Both the position numbers and the translations under genes were made by a program. A DNA stretch of 64,000 nt from the NCBI RefSeq assembly GCF_963921235.1, contig NC_086108.1, positions 93,312,001 to 93,376,000 on the forward strand. The letters are read 5' to 3'. Position 1 is the stretch's first letter. Every line of letters begins with the position of its first letter. Under the pieces are notes generated by a model. That model was not told the origin of the DNA. It did no database searches and saw nothing but the letters and a program-made list of their open reading frames with translations. Positions 40,140-51,689 of this stretch are shown piece by piece. Origin of the DNA: Mobula hypostoma (Eukaryota).

Positions 40140-41270
40140 GTCCATGAAGAGGAAATACTAGTAGAAGGAGCAAGTCTCATGTGAGATATAAGACTCGATA
40201 CATAGCACAGAAGTTAAACTTGAGTTTAACCTGTTAAACCTGAATGATACTGTTTTTTCTACCTGGAAACAGAGAGGTATCTGTAGTGTAGGTGATCTAT
40301 ATATTAAAGGAAACTTCGCCTCATTTGCGCAGTTACAAGCAGTTTACAATATCCTTGCATCTAGTTTTTTTAGATCTTTACAAATTCGAGATTATGTTAG
40401 GAAATATATACCTAACTTCAAAGTTTTAGACAAACATGAGCCCCTGGAGGCAATAAATAAATTTGATCCTGTTACTTGTAGTGTGGTATGCTATTGTTAT
40501 CAGATCCTACATAACGGAGCTCAGGTGAATACTGCAGGTCTTAAATAGGCATGGGTGAATTGGGTATAGACTGACAGAGGAGGTCTGGGATGAGTGTTTA
40601 AAGAGTATACATGATTGTTCGGTCAATGACAGACACAGACTTATACAGTTTAAAACAATACATAGACTTCATTATTCCAAAGAAAAGTTGCACAGTATAG
40701 ATGTAAATCTGTGAACAGTAACTTGTCACATTCATTCTGGTCATGTTGTAAGCTTTATGCATACTGGAAAAGTATTTTTCACTGTTTCTCTGAGGCTTTT
40801 GGGAAGCGGTGGGAACCAGACCCGCTCATAGCCATCATTGGAGCAACAAGGTCCCTATCTTCAGCCAATATGTATGAAAAAGCTGCTGTATTGTTTGGCA
40901 TGGTGATTGCTAAGAAGTTAATCCTGCAAATGTGGAAAATGGACTCTGACCCTACGTACGATCTGTGGCTGAGAGAACTGGCAAATACTTTACATTTGGA
41001 GACTGAGACTATGTAATGAGGACGGAGGGAACATCTTTGAAAGAATATGGGGCCCTGTATTGACTTTCTTATGGGGTGAGGACTGAGGTTTTTTGGTGCA
41101 GTGCACCTCTGCTGTGTACGTTTACTTCTGCCTTTATAGTTTTCTCCAGTGTGCTGCTCAATATTTAATTTGATTTTGTTAAGGTCGTGGTTTTTGTAGA
41201 TGTGCTGCTGTTTTTTGTTTTTGTCTTTTTGTTTGTAATTTTAAAGAAAGAATATTTTTTTAAAAACTTG
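40140..41270 (+). mobile_element. L1-clade LINE ORF2 3' fragment
   Basis: WKQRGI..GDLY, FFRSLQIRDYV, RHRLIQFKTIHRLH, HSFWSC and AKKLILQMWK, followed by a T-rich 3' UTR. Confidence 0.75.
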
Positions 41271-41571
41271 AGACACCTATACTTCTCATGATCAATAATG
41301 TGTGGAAAATTATTTGGAGTTTTATTTCTTTTCAATGGAGAATAGAACCAGGTGTCTCGTCTAAGTAACTTCAAGACAGTGTATGTGGCCTCTGTGACTT
41401 TCCAAGCTCAATATGAGGAGCATAGAGATGTAGACACCAAGTTAGCATACAAACGTTTGTACTTTGGGAATATAGCATTACTGAATATCATCAGCCTAAA
41501 CACATTTTATGAGAGTATTCAAAAATTTCACTTCCTCTTAAATATGACTATAACGAATTAACAATATTCAC

Positions 41572-41765
41572 CTTAAATCTGTGGTCATTTACACTTGTCA
41601 CACCGTGGAAGTAGAAGTTATCTCCGACATTAAGCACAAAATCTACTCCAAATTTTTGGGCAATTCTCCCCATCTCTTGTGCTGTGGCTCTCTGGATGTC
41701 AGTCACATATGGTGGATGAGGGAGGCCTCCCCCATCTCCAAAGGCAATAAATTGGATGGCATTAT
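41572..41765 (-). CDS. ACP5: ACP5-like coding exon 2: NAIQFIAFGDGGGLPHPPYVTDIQRATAQEMGRIAQKFGVDFVLNVGDNFYFHGVTSVNDHRFK
   Basis: Not in the ORF track; read manually. Acceptor ttttaattataag|, donor AAG|gtgaat, 194 nt. Carries PAP motifs GDxG and GDNFY. Confidence 0.95.
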
Positions 41766-42598
41766 CTTATAATTAAAAGAAGACAAAATATAAATCCAGG
41801 TATAACTGCTTAGTCAACGTTCAAAGTATGCATACATTATATGACCTTGAGATTCGTCTCCTTACAGACAGCCATAAAAATAAGAAACCTAAAAGAATCC
41901 ATTAAAAAAAGATCATCAAACACCCAACATGCAGAGAGAAAAAAAAACAAATAATGCAAACAATAAAAGAAAGCAAATGGCATTCAGAACAGAAGTGAGT
42001 TGATAGAAACAGGGCCCGAAGCCTGCCTCAGCCTTAGCCTCAGTTCAGTGCAGAGCCGAGTAAACGTCATAATTTTACTGACAGTTATTACCACTTTGCC
42101 ACTCAATCCGATTCAATTAATTATAAGGAGTTCACATTTGAATACTGAAACTATCAGGCTCTTGAACAAAAGAGGACAACTACATTTATCTATAGAGATA
42201 ACCAATGATCTCACTTTAAGGACTCTATCTTGTTATTTCATGCTCTCGTTGTTTAGTGTTATTTACTTATATTTACATTTCAACAATTTGTTGTCTTCTA
42301 TGCTCTTATTCTTTCAGTGTTCCTCTTTGCAGTTACTATTCTATAGATTTGCTGAGTATGCCCACAGGAAAATGGATCTCAAGGTTGTATGTGGTGACAT
42401 ATATGTACTCTGATAATAAATTTTACTTTGATTTTTTTCTACTTCATTAAATATGGACCATCTAAATGAAATATATTTTAGACATTAGATGCCGCTAGAA
42501 GACAGTAGGCAGGAATTTGCTACTCTTTGTCACTCACCAGCAATGCTTGCTGGAAAGACGTTACAACAGCAGATGAGAACAACCTTGCCTCCTTTATC

Positions 42599-43125
42599 CA
42601 CAAAATGCTGGAGGAACTCAGCAGGTCAGGCAGCATCTATGGAAAAGAGTATAGTGGACGTTTCATCCGGACTACTTTTCCAATATTTTTATTAGTTTCT
42701 ACATAGAAGAATACAGAGTACAAGAAAGTAAATATAAAAGGTCAAAAAAGATTTTTTAAAAACACTACCAATTACATTATATCTATCCATAATAACAATC
42801 TCATTACCCAGTATTCATGTAAGTTAATCAATAGTTATATTGAAATATACTAATTTATTACAAAAAAAAGAATCTAACCCCTACCAAGACCGAAGCTGTT
42901 TATTAAGGAGAAAAATGTAAAATACCTTCTCATATAATAAAAAATAATACAAGCCAACATCTGAATTTAAACAATGCATTGAAGGTTTTGAAATCCGGAC
43001 TACTGAAGGGTCTCGGCCCGAAACATCAACTGTTTACTCTTTTCCATAGATGCTGCCTGACCTGCTGAGTTCCTCCAGCATTTTGTGTGTGTTGCTCAGG
43101 ATTTCCAGCATCTGCAGATTTTCTT
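42599..43125. mobile_element. Penelope-like terminal fragments in inverted arrangement
   Basis: Perfect 53-bp inverted repeat, 42599-42651 vs 43035-43087. The same unit recurs at ~19300, 20770, 25660, 30520, 35370, 49590, 50410, 56620 and 62990. Confidence 0.7.
42677..42992 (-). mobile_element. 5'-truncated L1-like insertion with 12-bp TSD
   Basis: ATCCGGACTACT at 42665-42676 and 42993-43004. The minus-strand insert ends AATAAAAATATTGGAAAA. Confidence 0.7.
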
Positions 43126-43627
43126 TTGAGCCTTGTTTGCTTCCTTTACCACAGACTCACTGTAATGGCACTCATTGGAATACAATTTCAACATATTATT
43201 TCCTTTCCAGAGGGGGTTATTTTCCAGCATATAATGTGAAAATGCAACTGCAACAAGACATGGAGGGTCAAATAGAAACTACAGCAGCAGAGACTAGCAC
43301 TGGAAGTAGATGGCAAGTAGTTTACAATAACTATTGAAAAAGGCAAAAAAAAATGCAACGAAGAGACAAACACAAATAAAAGTAAGGTTGTACCAGGACT
43401 AACTTACTCAATCTTTATTTAGCCTCATATAGTAATTTGTATCGAAAAGAAATAGTGAAAGGAAGGAGGAGGTTGGATTATTTGTGATCCAAAATAGACA
43501 AAATTGCTTTGGGTAAAGAGATCATGCAGAATTATTGGATACATATCTGAATGGAATACAAGGAAATGGAATTAGTACCAGTTAGAGTCAAAGGAAAGGA
43601 AAGGGGAAGGAGAGGAAGAATGCAAAA

Positions 43628-44430
43628 TCTAAGAAAGGATGTGTTGACATTGGAGAGAATTCAGAGGAGGTTCAAGAGAATAATCCTGAGAATGAAAGGG
43701 TTAATATATGAGAAGCATTTGATAGCCCTGGGCCTGTGCTTGCTGGAGTTTATGAGAAGGGGATCTCATTGAAACCAACCAAATATTGAAAGGCCTAGAT
43801 AGAATGGTTGTTTCCAATAGTGGGAGAACACAAGGTCGTCCCTTTAGAACAGAGATGAGAAAAAATTTCTTTAACCAGAGGGTAGTGAATCTGTGGACTT
43901 CATTGCCACAAATAGCTGTGCAGAACAGGTCATTGGGTATATTTAAAGCAGAGGTTGGTTGGTTCTTGATTAGTAAGGGTGTCAAAGATAAGGGGAAGGA
44001 GGCAGGAGAATGGGGTTGAGAAGGATAAATGAATCAGCCATGATAGAATGGTAGAACAGACGCAATGGGTTGAATGGTGAAAGGCCTTGATAAAGTGGAT
44101 GTGGAGAGGATGTTTCCTGTGTTGGGAGAGTCGAAGATCAGAGGACACAGCCTCAGAATAGAGGGGTGTCTTTTTAGAACGGAGACGAGGAGGAATTTCT
44201 TTTGCTAGAGAGTGGTGAATCTGTGGAATTCTTTGCCACAGACAGGTGTGGAGGCCAAGTCTTTATGTGTATTTAAGGCAAAGGTTGATAGATTCTTGAT
44301 CGGTCAGGGCTTGAAGGGGTATGGGGAGAAGGCAGGTGATTGGGGCTGAGAAGGAAAATGGATTAGCCATGATGAAACAGCAGAGCAGACTCGATGAGCC
44401 AAATGGCCTATATCTTATGGTCTTATGGTC
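43628..44430 (+). mobile_element. Two tandem CR1 3'-end fragments
   Basis: LRKDVLTLERIQRRF..FRTEMRKNFF..3' UTR (to ~44075), then a second KGLDKVDVERMF..3' UTR with a (TCTTATGG)n tail. Confidence 0.85.
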
Positions 44431-46765
44431 AAATAACCCAATCCTATCTCTAATGATCTTATGGTTAAAGGGAAGGCAAGATGGGCATAGGAGAAATTAA
44501 ATGCTAAAAGGATGATAGAACAGCAGTGTAGAGTGTAGAGAATTAAATGATTCATTGGGTAGATATACCAGGGTCAATATTTACAACCACTCATAAAAAA
44601 AAAGCTATAATTAAGATTCAAAATTGCTGAATTTGGTACTGAGACTGAAAGGTTGTGAAGTACAGAATGGGAAGATGAAACTTCCATTTACTTTTAATCA
44701 AATAATGTAAGAGGCTGTAATCAGAGTAGCAAGGGGGCAGAAGCTAAGACTTGTGCCTGCAGTCTAAACCTTTGATCTCCTCAGTGTTGTGGAGACTGTA
44801 CCATGAGTTGCAAATAAAAATATTCTAATTAAATATTGTACAAGTAAGTCACTTTTTTACTGAAGGGAAACGTTGTGGATGTTACGGAGAGGAGGGAAGG
44901 GACCAAGTGTTGTAACCCCTGACCCGGAGGGGATGAATCAGTTTGTACCAAAGAGAATGTAGAATGCTGCATAGGTGGTAGGTTTACAAACAATGGTGAA
45001 CATAATGGAGGATAAACTATTGGATATTGAAACTTGTGGGTTTTCGGATTAGAAGATGGTAAGCAGGAGAAAGAAGTGGAGTGGGCACAGTCAATGGCTC
45101 TGTCAGTCGTGTGGAGCGAAATCTAAATTAAGAAGACATATAGCAAGTATTGGTTTAGAAGATGTCAACTTCAAAAATGGAGCAATGGGGATGTGAGAAC
45201 TAAGTGTGGGACTAGATCTTGCAAGAAATAGGTTGGAAGTCAGTGGGAAGTTGGGCTTCATGGTAGCGTAGGAGTTAGTGAGACACTCTTGGAGCTTGGG
45301 GCATCCCGGAGTTCAATTCCAGTGCCGTTCTGTAAGGAGGCTCGGTGTACCATCCCAGTGGAATGGGAGGGTTTTCCCCAGGTGCTCCAGTTTCGTCCCA
45401 CAGTCCAAACACAGTGTACCAGGTAGGTTAGTTGTTCATTGTAAATTGTCCCATGATTATGTTAGAGTTAATTGGGATTGTGGGGTTGCTGGGGTAGCAT
45501 TGCTTGAAGGGCCAAAAGGGCCTACTCCACACTATCGCTAAATAAAATAAATCAATTTTATTTTCAATACTTGTACATTTTACCAGATGTATCGGTTGGT
45601 GGGGGTGGAGTCATTGGCAAAGGCAGCATCTATTGTCCATCAGTAATTGCTATTGATAGTAAAGGTTGTGAGCTACCCTCTTGAACTGCCTTGGTTCCTC
45701 CAGTGAAGAATCTCCCACAATGATGTTGGGGATGGCAGTTCCAGAATTCAGACTTGGCAACAATTAAATATCCATGATCTAGTTCTGTGGTATGGAACTT
45801 TGAGAGAAACCTATGACTGACGATGTTCCTTTACATCTGAAAAACTTGCCCACCCTGGTGGTAGAAATCATGGGTTTGGGAGCTTCTACTGGAGTAACCC
45901 AAGCAGTTTGCATAGGGCACAAGCAACAATCATAGTGCAATTGTTAATCCTCATCCACACCTGGATGTAGCAGAAATGTGATCAGACCCACTGGTTATGG
46001 GAGAATTTCATTCTGCTACTACATCCTGTTTCTGCCATCTAACAGATGTTAGTCCCATGGTGCTGTTGCAGAAGAAGGCAATGGCAAATCACCTCTGTAG
46101 AAAACCTTGCCCAGAATGATTATGGTCATGACTGTGATCATTCACATCATGCGACACAGCACATGATGATGATGATGGTGACGTTGCTGTTGTAAACAGG
46201 TTGGTATCTCAGTTTTTAGGTACAGGCTGCTACTGGTTGCAGTCACTCTTCAGCAATCCAGAATTTGGTTTGTTCCTAATGGTAAAGGGAGGGACATTTT
46301 CTGATATTTCCTTACAATATTGGAAGCTAGAGGCATTGAGGAAGCAGCAGAAACATACCAAGCTGCCATTTATAACTTCATGGCCAGATGCATGGCAGCT
46401 GTACACTTTGTACATTAAGGAAGTATTAAAGGAAACAAACTAAGAATACAGAATATAGTATCACGTTTACAGAGAAAGTGCTGTGAAAGTACACAAATAA
46501 AGTGCAGAAACGATGGTGAGATAAACTGAGAGACTAAGAATCCATCTTTATTGTCTAAGGGGATCATTCATGACAAGTTGTCCTTGAGTATGGTGGTATG
46601 TCCTCCCAAGCTTGTGTACCTTCTGCCTGACAGAAGGGAGGGGAGGAAAAGAGAAAATGACCAGGCTGGAAGGGGTTCTTGATTATGTTAGTCACTTTCC
46701 CAAGGCTGTAGGTATGCTAACGCAAGGGAGGTTGGTTTTCATGATAGATTAGGCTGCGCTCACAA

Positions 46766-48280
46766 CCTATGTTCCCTCTAAGCTGTGCTTGTGTGCGTGC
46801 GCACACATGCTTTTCAACCAGCGCAGAAAGGAAATTAATGTGCGCACAAAAGGCTAGTTACCTAAAATAATGTAGTAATTAATAATTACTACATTAGTAA
46901 TTATTGGTCCTGGACTTATTTCATAATTTACTGGCATAATTTACATATTACTATTTAACTATTTATTACTATTTTTCTATTACTATTTATTATTTCCATG
47001 ACTATTACTATTTCTATTACTATTTATTATTTATGGTGCAACTATAACGAAAACCAATTTCCCCCAGGATCAATAAAGTATGACTATGACTATGACTATT
47101 ATACTTATTGAAAATAATCTTTTAGCTAAATTCTTCTGTTAACTAGTTAGTCGGTTTTTCAAATACCACAATGCACGTCATCACTAATTTACGTCACCTC
47201 ACCTTTCCTTTTCCAGTTTGTACAGCTGCATCACGGCGGCAGCCATCTTTGGCGGATAGTGTTCATATCGTAAAGTTTACAAAGATCTGTTTCAAATCCT
47301 GTAGATAGTTTGCTAAGTTTTTATTGAAAAAGATCAGTCAAATGATCCTATGGCTAAATGCTGTCACAAGAAATTGATAAACATCACATACAAAGTAGCT
47401 TTACAGGTTTTAAGTGACGTCTTTGATGAACTGGCTGCACTGTGCAAGATTCTGCAAAAGAGTGGCCTGACACCGATTGGTTCACTTCACTTTGCGCAAG
47501 GCAAAATTAACAAGATAAGAAAGCAGTATCTGGAGACAATGTTTCATGGAGTGACAAAGTTAAAGTTTTGCTAAGCCAACAACGTGAAGAAAACGTCACA
47601 GTAGATATGAGTTTGCTGTTGACTTTTATAAATAGTCTTTGTGTTCATTTAGAAGAAAGGTTTCCTGAAGATAAGGTACAAGAATGGTCAGCTTTTGATT
47701 TCTCCGCAATTGCAGGTTGTGACTTCACATTTGGCGATGAACAAATTAATGCCTTATGTCTAAAATATCATGATTTTCTAGCTGGACATTCTGTAATAGT
47801 TTAATAATTTCAAATTTTCCGTGCAAGAAAAAATTAAATCCAAACTGATTTCAAACTTTGCTCAAATGGTAGCATTTGTGCAACAAAATGAACAGTTTTG
47901 CGACCTTGCACAGTTGATGGACATTAGGGGAACCTTTCTTGTGTCTAGTGTGGACTGTGAGCGAGGTTTTGGCCTAATGAATCAAATCAAAAACAAGCTG
48001 AGAAACCATTTAGGTGAATGTCATTTGGATATGTTAATGAGAATCAAAAACTATCAAATGGATGGGAGTTCTATTAGTCTAGATAGAGTTTACAAAGAAT
48101 GGGTAAATGCCAAAGACAGGAGAGAGAAAAAAATAACTGAGTGACTTAAATATGTATGTTATTTTGTTGTTACTCTGTGCAGTTTTATGTCAAATATTTT
48201 GTAAACCTACATAAACTGCGCCATGGTGCATTCTTTAGTACATACTTTAGTCACAGGGAAACATGAGAGCACTAGAGGGC
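46766..48280 (+). mobile_element. hAT transposon remnant (hATC dimerisation region), internally deleted
   Basis: Left end ATGTTCCCTCTAAG. ORFs with LEERFP and SSVDCERGFGLMNQIKNKLRNHL..LDMLMRI. Contains a nested LINE tail ending (ATGACT)n at ~46905-47100. Confidence 0.75.
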
Positions 48281-49020
48281 AGGATTGAACCTGAATTGCT
48301 GGTGCCATGGCTGCTGCAGTAGGAAAGGAAAGGTACGCCGTATCCGATTTCCCTCTACACCTGTCTGACATAGTGGAGAAACTACGTTTTTTCTCCCCCA
48401 AAGAGATCACCAGCTCATAACCCAGCACGGATGGAAAGCATGCAGGGGAGCCAGCTGGATTTGAACTCAGGACCTTTCGTCCCGGAGTGCTGATGCCACT
48501 ACGCCACCAGCTGGGTCGCTGCTGCAGTACTTCATGGAAACCCTCTTCTAAGCTGCCAGATCTGTTGTGGGTCTATCCCATTCAGCACTTTTATAGTGCC
48601 ACACACAAACATTACAGAAACAAGGCATACATCTGATTTTAAATAAACTTCAGCAAAATACAGCTTGGATGTTACTCATTCTACTTTTAATATAAGTCAC
48701 AGTCATTTTTTTATGTCTTGCACTATACTGTTGTCACAAAACAACAAATTTCAGAGCATGTCAGTGATAATGAACCTGATTTTGATGGTTCACATGCGTA
48801 ATAACACTGAAAAGAATTTTCACATTTCATTGCAACTGTTAGAGCTGGGGTTCACAACTTGGTGTCCACAGATCCCTCGGTTAATGGTTGGAAACCCCTG
48901 ACTTAGAGGTAGTTTGCTGAAAGGTAACTTTCATACCTTGTGCGATTTCACCTGAACTAAGTGTTTCTAAATGTTTCAATTAGAAATTTCTGCTTTACAG
49001 AAAATGTAAGTGAACGTACG

Positions 49021-49554
49021 CCCTCTGTGACCACTTTATTAAGTACACTTATACAGCTGCTTGTTAATGTAAGCATCTAATCAGCCAATCATGTGGCAGC
49101 AACTCAATACAAAAATATCATGCAGACATGGTCAAGAGGTTCAGACCAAATATCAGAATGGGGAAGAAATGTGATCTAAGTGACTAAGTTGAATGACTGC
49201 CGGTGCCAGATGGGGTACTTTGGGTATCTCAGAAACTGCTGATCTCCTGGGAGATATCAGGCACAATAGTCTCAAGAGTTTACAGAGAATGGTGCGAAAA
49301 ACAAAAAACATCCAGTGAGTGGCAGTTCTGTGGCCATAAGTGCTTTGTCAATGGGCGAGTTCAGAGGAGAATGGCCAGGCTGGTCCAAGCTGACAGGAAG
49401 GTGACAGTAACTCAGATAACCACAGGCTACAACAGCGGTGTGCAGAAAAGCATCTCTGAACCCACAACATATCGAACCTTGAAGTGGAAGGGCTACAGCA
49501 GGAGAGGACCACACCAGGTTCCACTCCTGTACCTAATGAAGTGTCCCCTGAGTG
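49021..49554 (+). mobile_element. Non-autonomous Tc1-derived element
   Basis: Same TIR and body as 17990-18546. Ends CTGAGTG|TA. Confidence 0.75.
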
Positions 49555-50718
49555 TATGTCATTAATAATAAACCTGATTCCTGCTGGTTCACACAAAATG
49601 CTGGAGGAAATCAGATCAAGCAACATCTATGGAAAGGAATAGAGTCGACATTTCAAGTTCAAATTTAATTGTCATTCAACCATACACATGCCTACAGCCA
49701 AACAAAGCAATGTTCCTCCTGGGCCAAGGTGGAAAAGACTGTACAAACAGTCACAGCACATAGAGTACATATAATTACAATAGCAGAAAGACATAGTTAC
49801 AAAGAAGGAAGAATATTGATAATAATTTAGCCCCGGTCCCTGAGTGCTGTGATCTGTAGACTGATGTTGCAAGGATTTTGTCCTGGAGACATGTTTCAGC
49901 AAGAACAAGTCCAAAGCATTCCTTCCCTTGTGCACGTGTATGAATGCAATCCAGTTTGTTCTCGCAATCCACTGAACAAACTCTGGAGGGCAGCACTCAA
50001 CCCAGTGTGCAATCGAGCGGCACAAAGCCAGCCGTGGCGTTTACTTACCTGGAGGCTGCAGCAGGCGACCCCAAGGTATGAGGGCCTGGTCTGCACCACA
50101 ACCAAGGCCACACAGCTCCCGCACCGTCAGTCTCTCCAATGAACCAGCAAAGTGGACTTGCAATATTCTACATTCTGATCAAGACCCTTCATCAGGACTG
50201 GAAAGGAAGGGGTAAGAAAGTGGGGGTGGGGAAGGATTACAAGCTAGAAGGTGGTATGTGAAGCCCAGTATGGTGGAAGTTGAGTGGAGGGGGGAGGGGG
50301 ATGAAGAGAGAAACGGTGGGGGGGGGTGATAGGTAGAAAAGGTAAAAGGCTAAAAAAGATGCCCCTTTCCTTCTTATTCTGACTTCTTCCTCCTTTCTCT
50401 CCAGCCCTGATGAAGGGTCTTAGCCTGAAGGGTTGACTCTTTATTCCTTTCCCATCGATGCTGAGTTCCTCTAGCATTTTGTGTGTGTTACTCTGGATTT
50501 CCAGCATCTGCAGAATCTCTTGTTTCTCTAATGGTTCACATTGAGAGGAACTTGCACTTTTTGCTGCACCTTTTAAGCAAATAACTTAAAGAGATATTTT
50601 ACTGAGAGTTGCCTTCCATACCTTGTGCCATCTCATCTGAACAAAGCATTTCTAAGTGTCTGCTTTACAGAAGATACAAGTTAACATACAGACGATATGT
50701 AAACTAAGCACCGCTTAC

Positions 50719-50791
50719 CTTTTTGTAGATAGGATTGTGCATATTGGAAATAAAGGATAGCCATGCAAAGTAGTTGTTGAAACCGGCCCAT
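50719..50791 (-). CDS. ACP5: ACP5-like coding exon 1 (signal peptide) MGRFQQLLCMAILYFQYAQSYLQK(D)
   Basis: ATG in strong Kozak context (atcATGG). Basic/hydrophobic/small-residue signal-peptide pattern. Donor AAG|gtaagc. The 73-nt phase-1 end matches the phase-1 acceptor of exon 2, giving a 327-aa protein, close to mammalian TRAP length. An in-frame upstream ATG lies at 50830. Confidence 0.75.
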
Positions 50792-51048
50792 GATCAAACA
50801 ATAGGAAACATATGACTGGGCAACACACATGCAGCGTAGTCTGATTTTTACATGTGCTTGAGTCTTTTCTTCAAAGTAAAAAATTTACACAAAAACTTTA
50901 AAAGAAAACATTAGTTCTTCTGTGTTCATGAAGCCAACAAGCTGTAGTAGCAGCAAAAGACTGACTTTAGCAGCCAGTCTGTTTGTTAAAGACAGTTAGG
51001 ACCGGATTTCCAGAAATACACTTTTGAAATATGTTCTTCCTTTTTATA
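50792..51048 (-). promoter_or_regulatory. Candidate ACP5-like core promoter/5' UTR: TATAAAAA box and two CATGTG E-boxes
   Basis: Minus-strand TATAAAAAGG at 51048-51039. CATGTG/CACATG at 50851-50856 and 50826-50831. Lies in the only non-repetitive block upstream of exon 1. Confidence 0.35.
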
Positions 51049-51689
51049 AAGGAAATCATTACCAAAGTGTTAAATTTAATATCGCATCTAAGATTTTTTA
51101 CTACATTGTAAAGTAACTTTGTTTTGGCTCATAGAGTAATTGCATCATAATTCAGTGTTGCAATGGTTTCAAGAACAAAGGCAACAGAATGTTGATTTAC
51201 AGTATCACGGATTGTTGGGTGTTCTAATCTACTCTTTAGTACCTTTCATATTTCTTTACTTTTTGTTAGACAAGGATATTTTCAAGATAAATTACCAATT
51301 CTAAATCCGATTCATATTTGGCCCAATGAGATATGGGGAAATTCTGAAATCAATTGGAAGGCTTTTTTTTAATGTTGAAAATTCAAATACTTTTTATGTT
51401 CTTGTCTCCATATAGTGATGGCAACGTACAGGTGATCGCTGCTGGTAAAACCAAATACTGTTGTATCACTTCTAATAAAGATGACGGAGAACAAATCTGA
51501 GTTCTATCAGCTCACATTCTTTAAAAAGATCATCTGCCAGGTATCTCATAGAAGATATATGGCTTCAGTCAAAGTTCAAAGTACATTTATTATCTAAGTA
51601 TGTATACATTATACAACCTTGAGATTCATCTCCTTATGGACAACTACAAAACATAGAAACCCAAGAAAGAAAATGCGGTTTGGAGCACT

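Noticed and set aside
43160..43330. Alternative ACP5 first exon ending at CA|GTGAGT
   Set aside because: The phase-1 frame (MLENNPLWKG...) has no signal peptide and the other frames have stops. The 50719-50791 exon fits much better.
46940..47100. Spaced AT-rich repeats resembling an array/CRISPR
   Set aside because: Slippage duplications in a LINE 3' UTR ending in (ATGACT)n. Eukaryotic context with no unique spacers or cas genes.
47350..48144. ZNF862/ZBED-like domesticated hAT gene
   Set aside because: Broken by stops and frameshifts, lacks the N-terminal catalytic region, and sits behind a TIR-like end.
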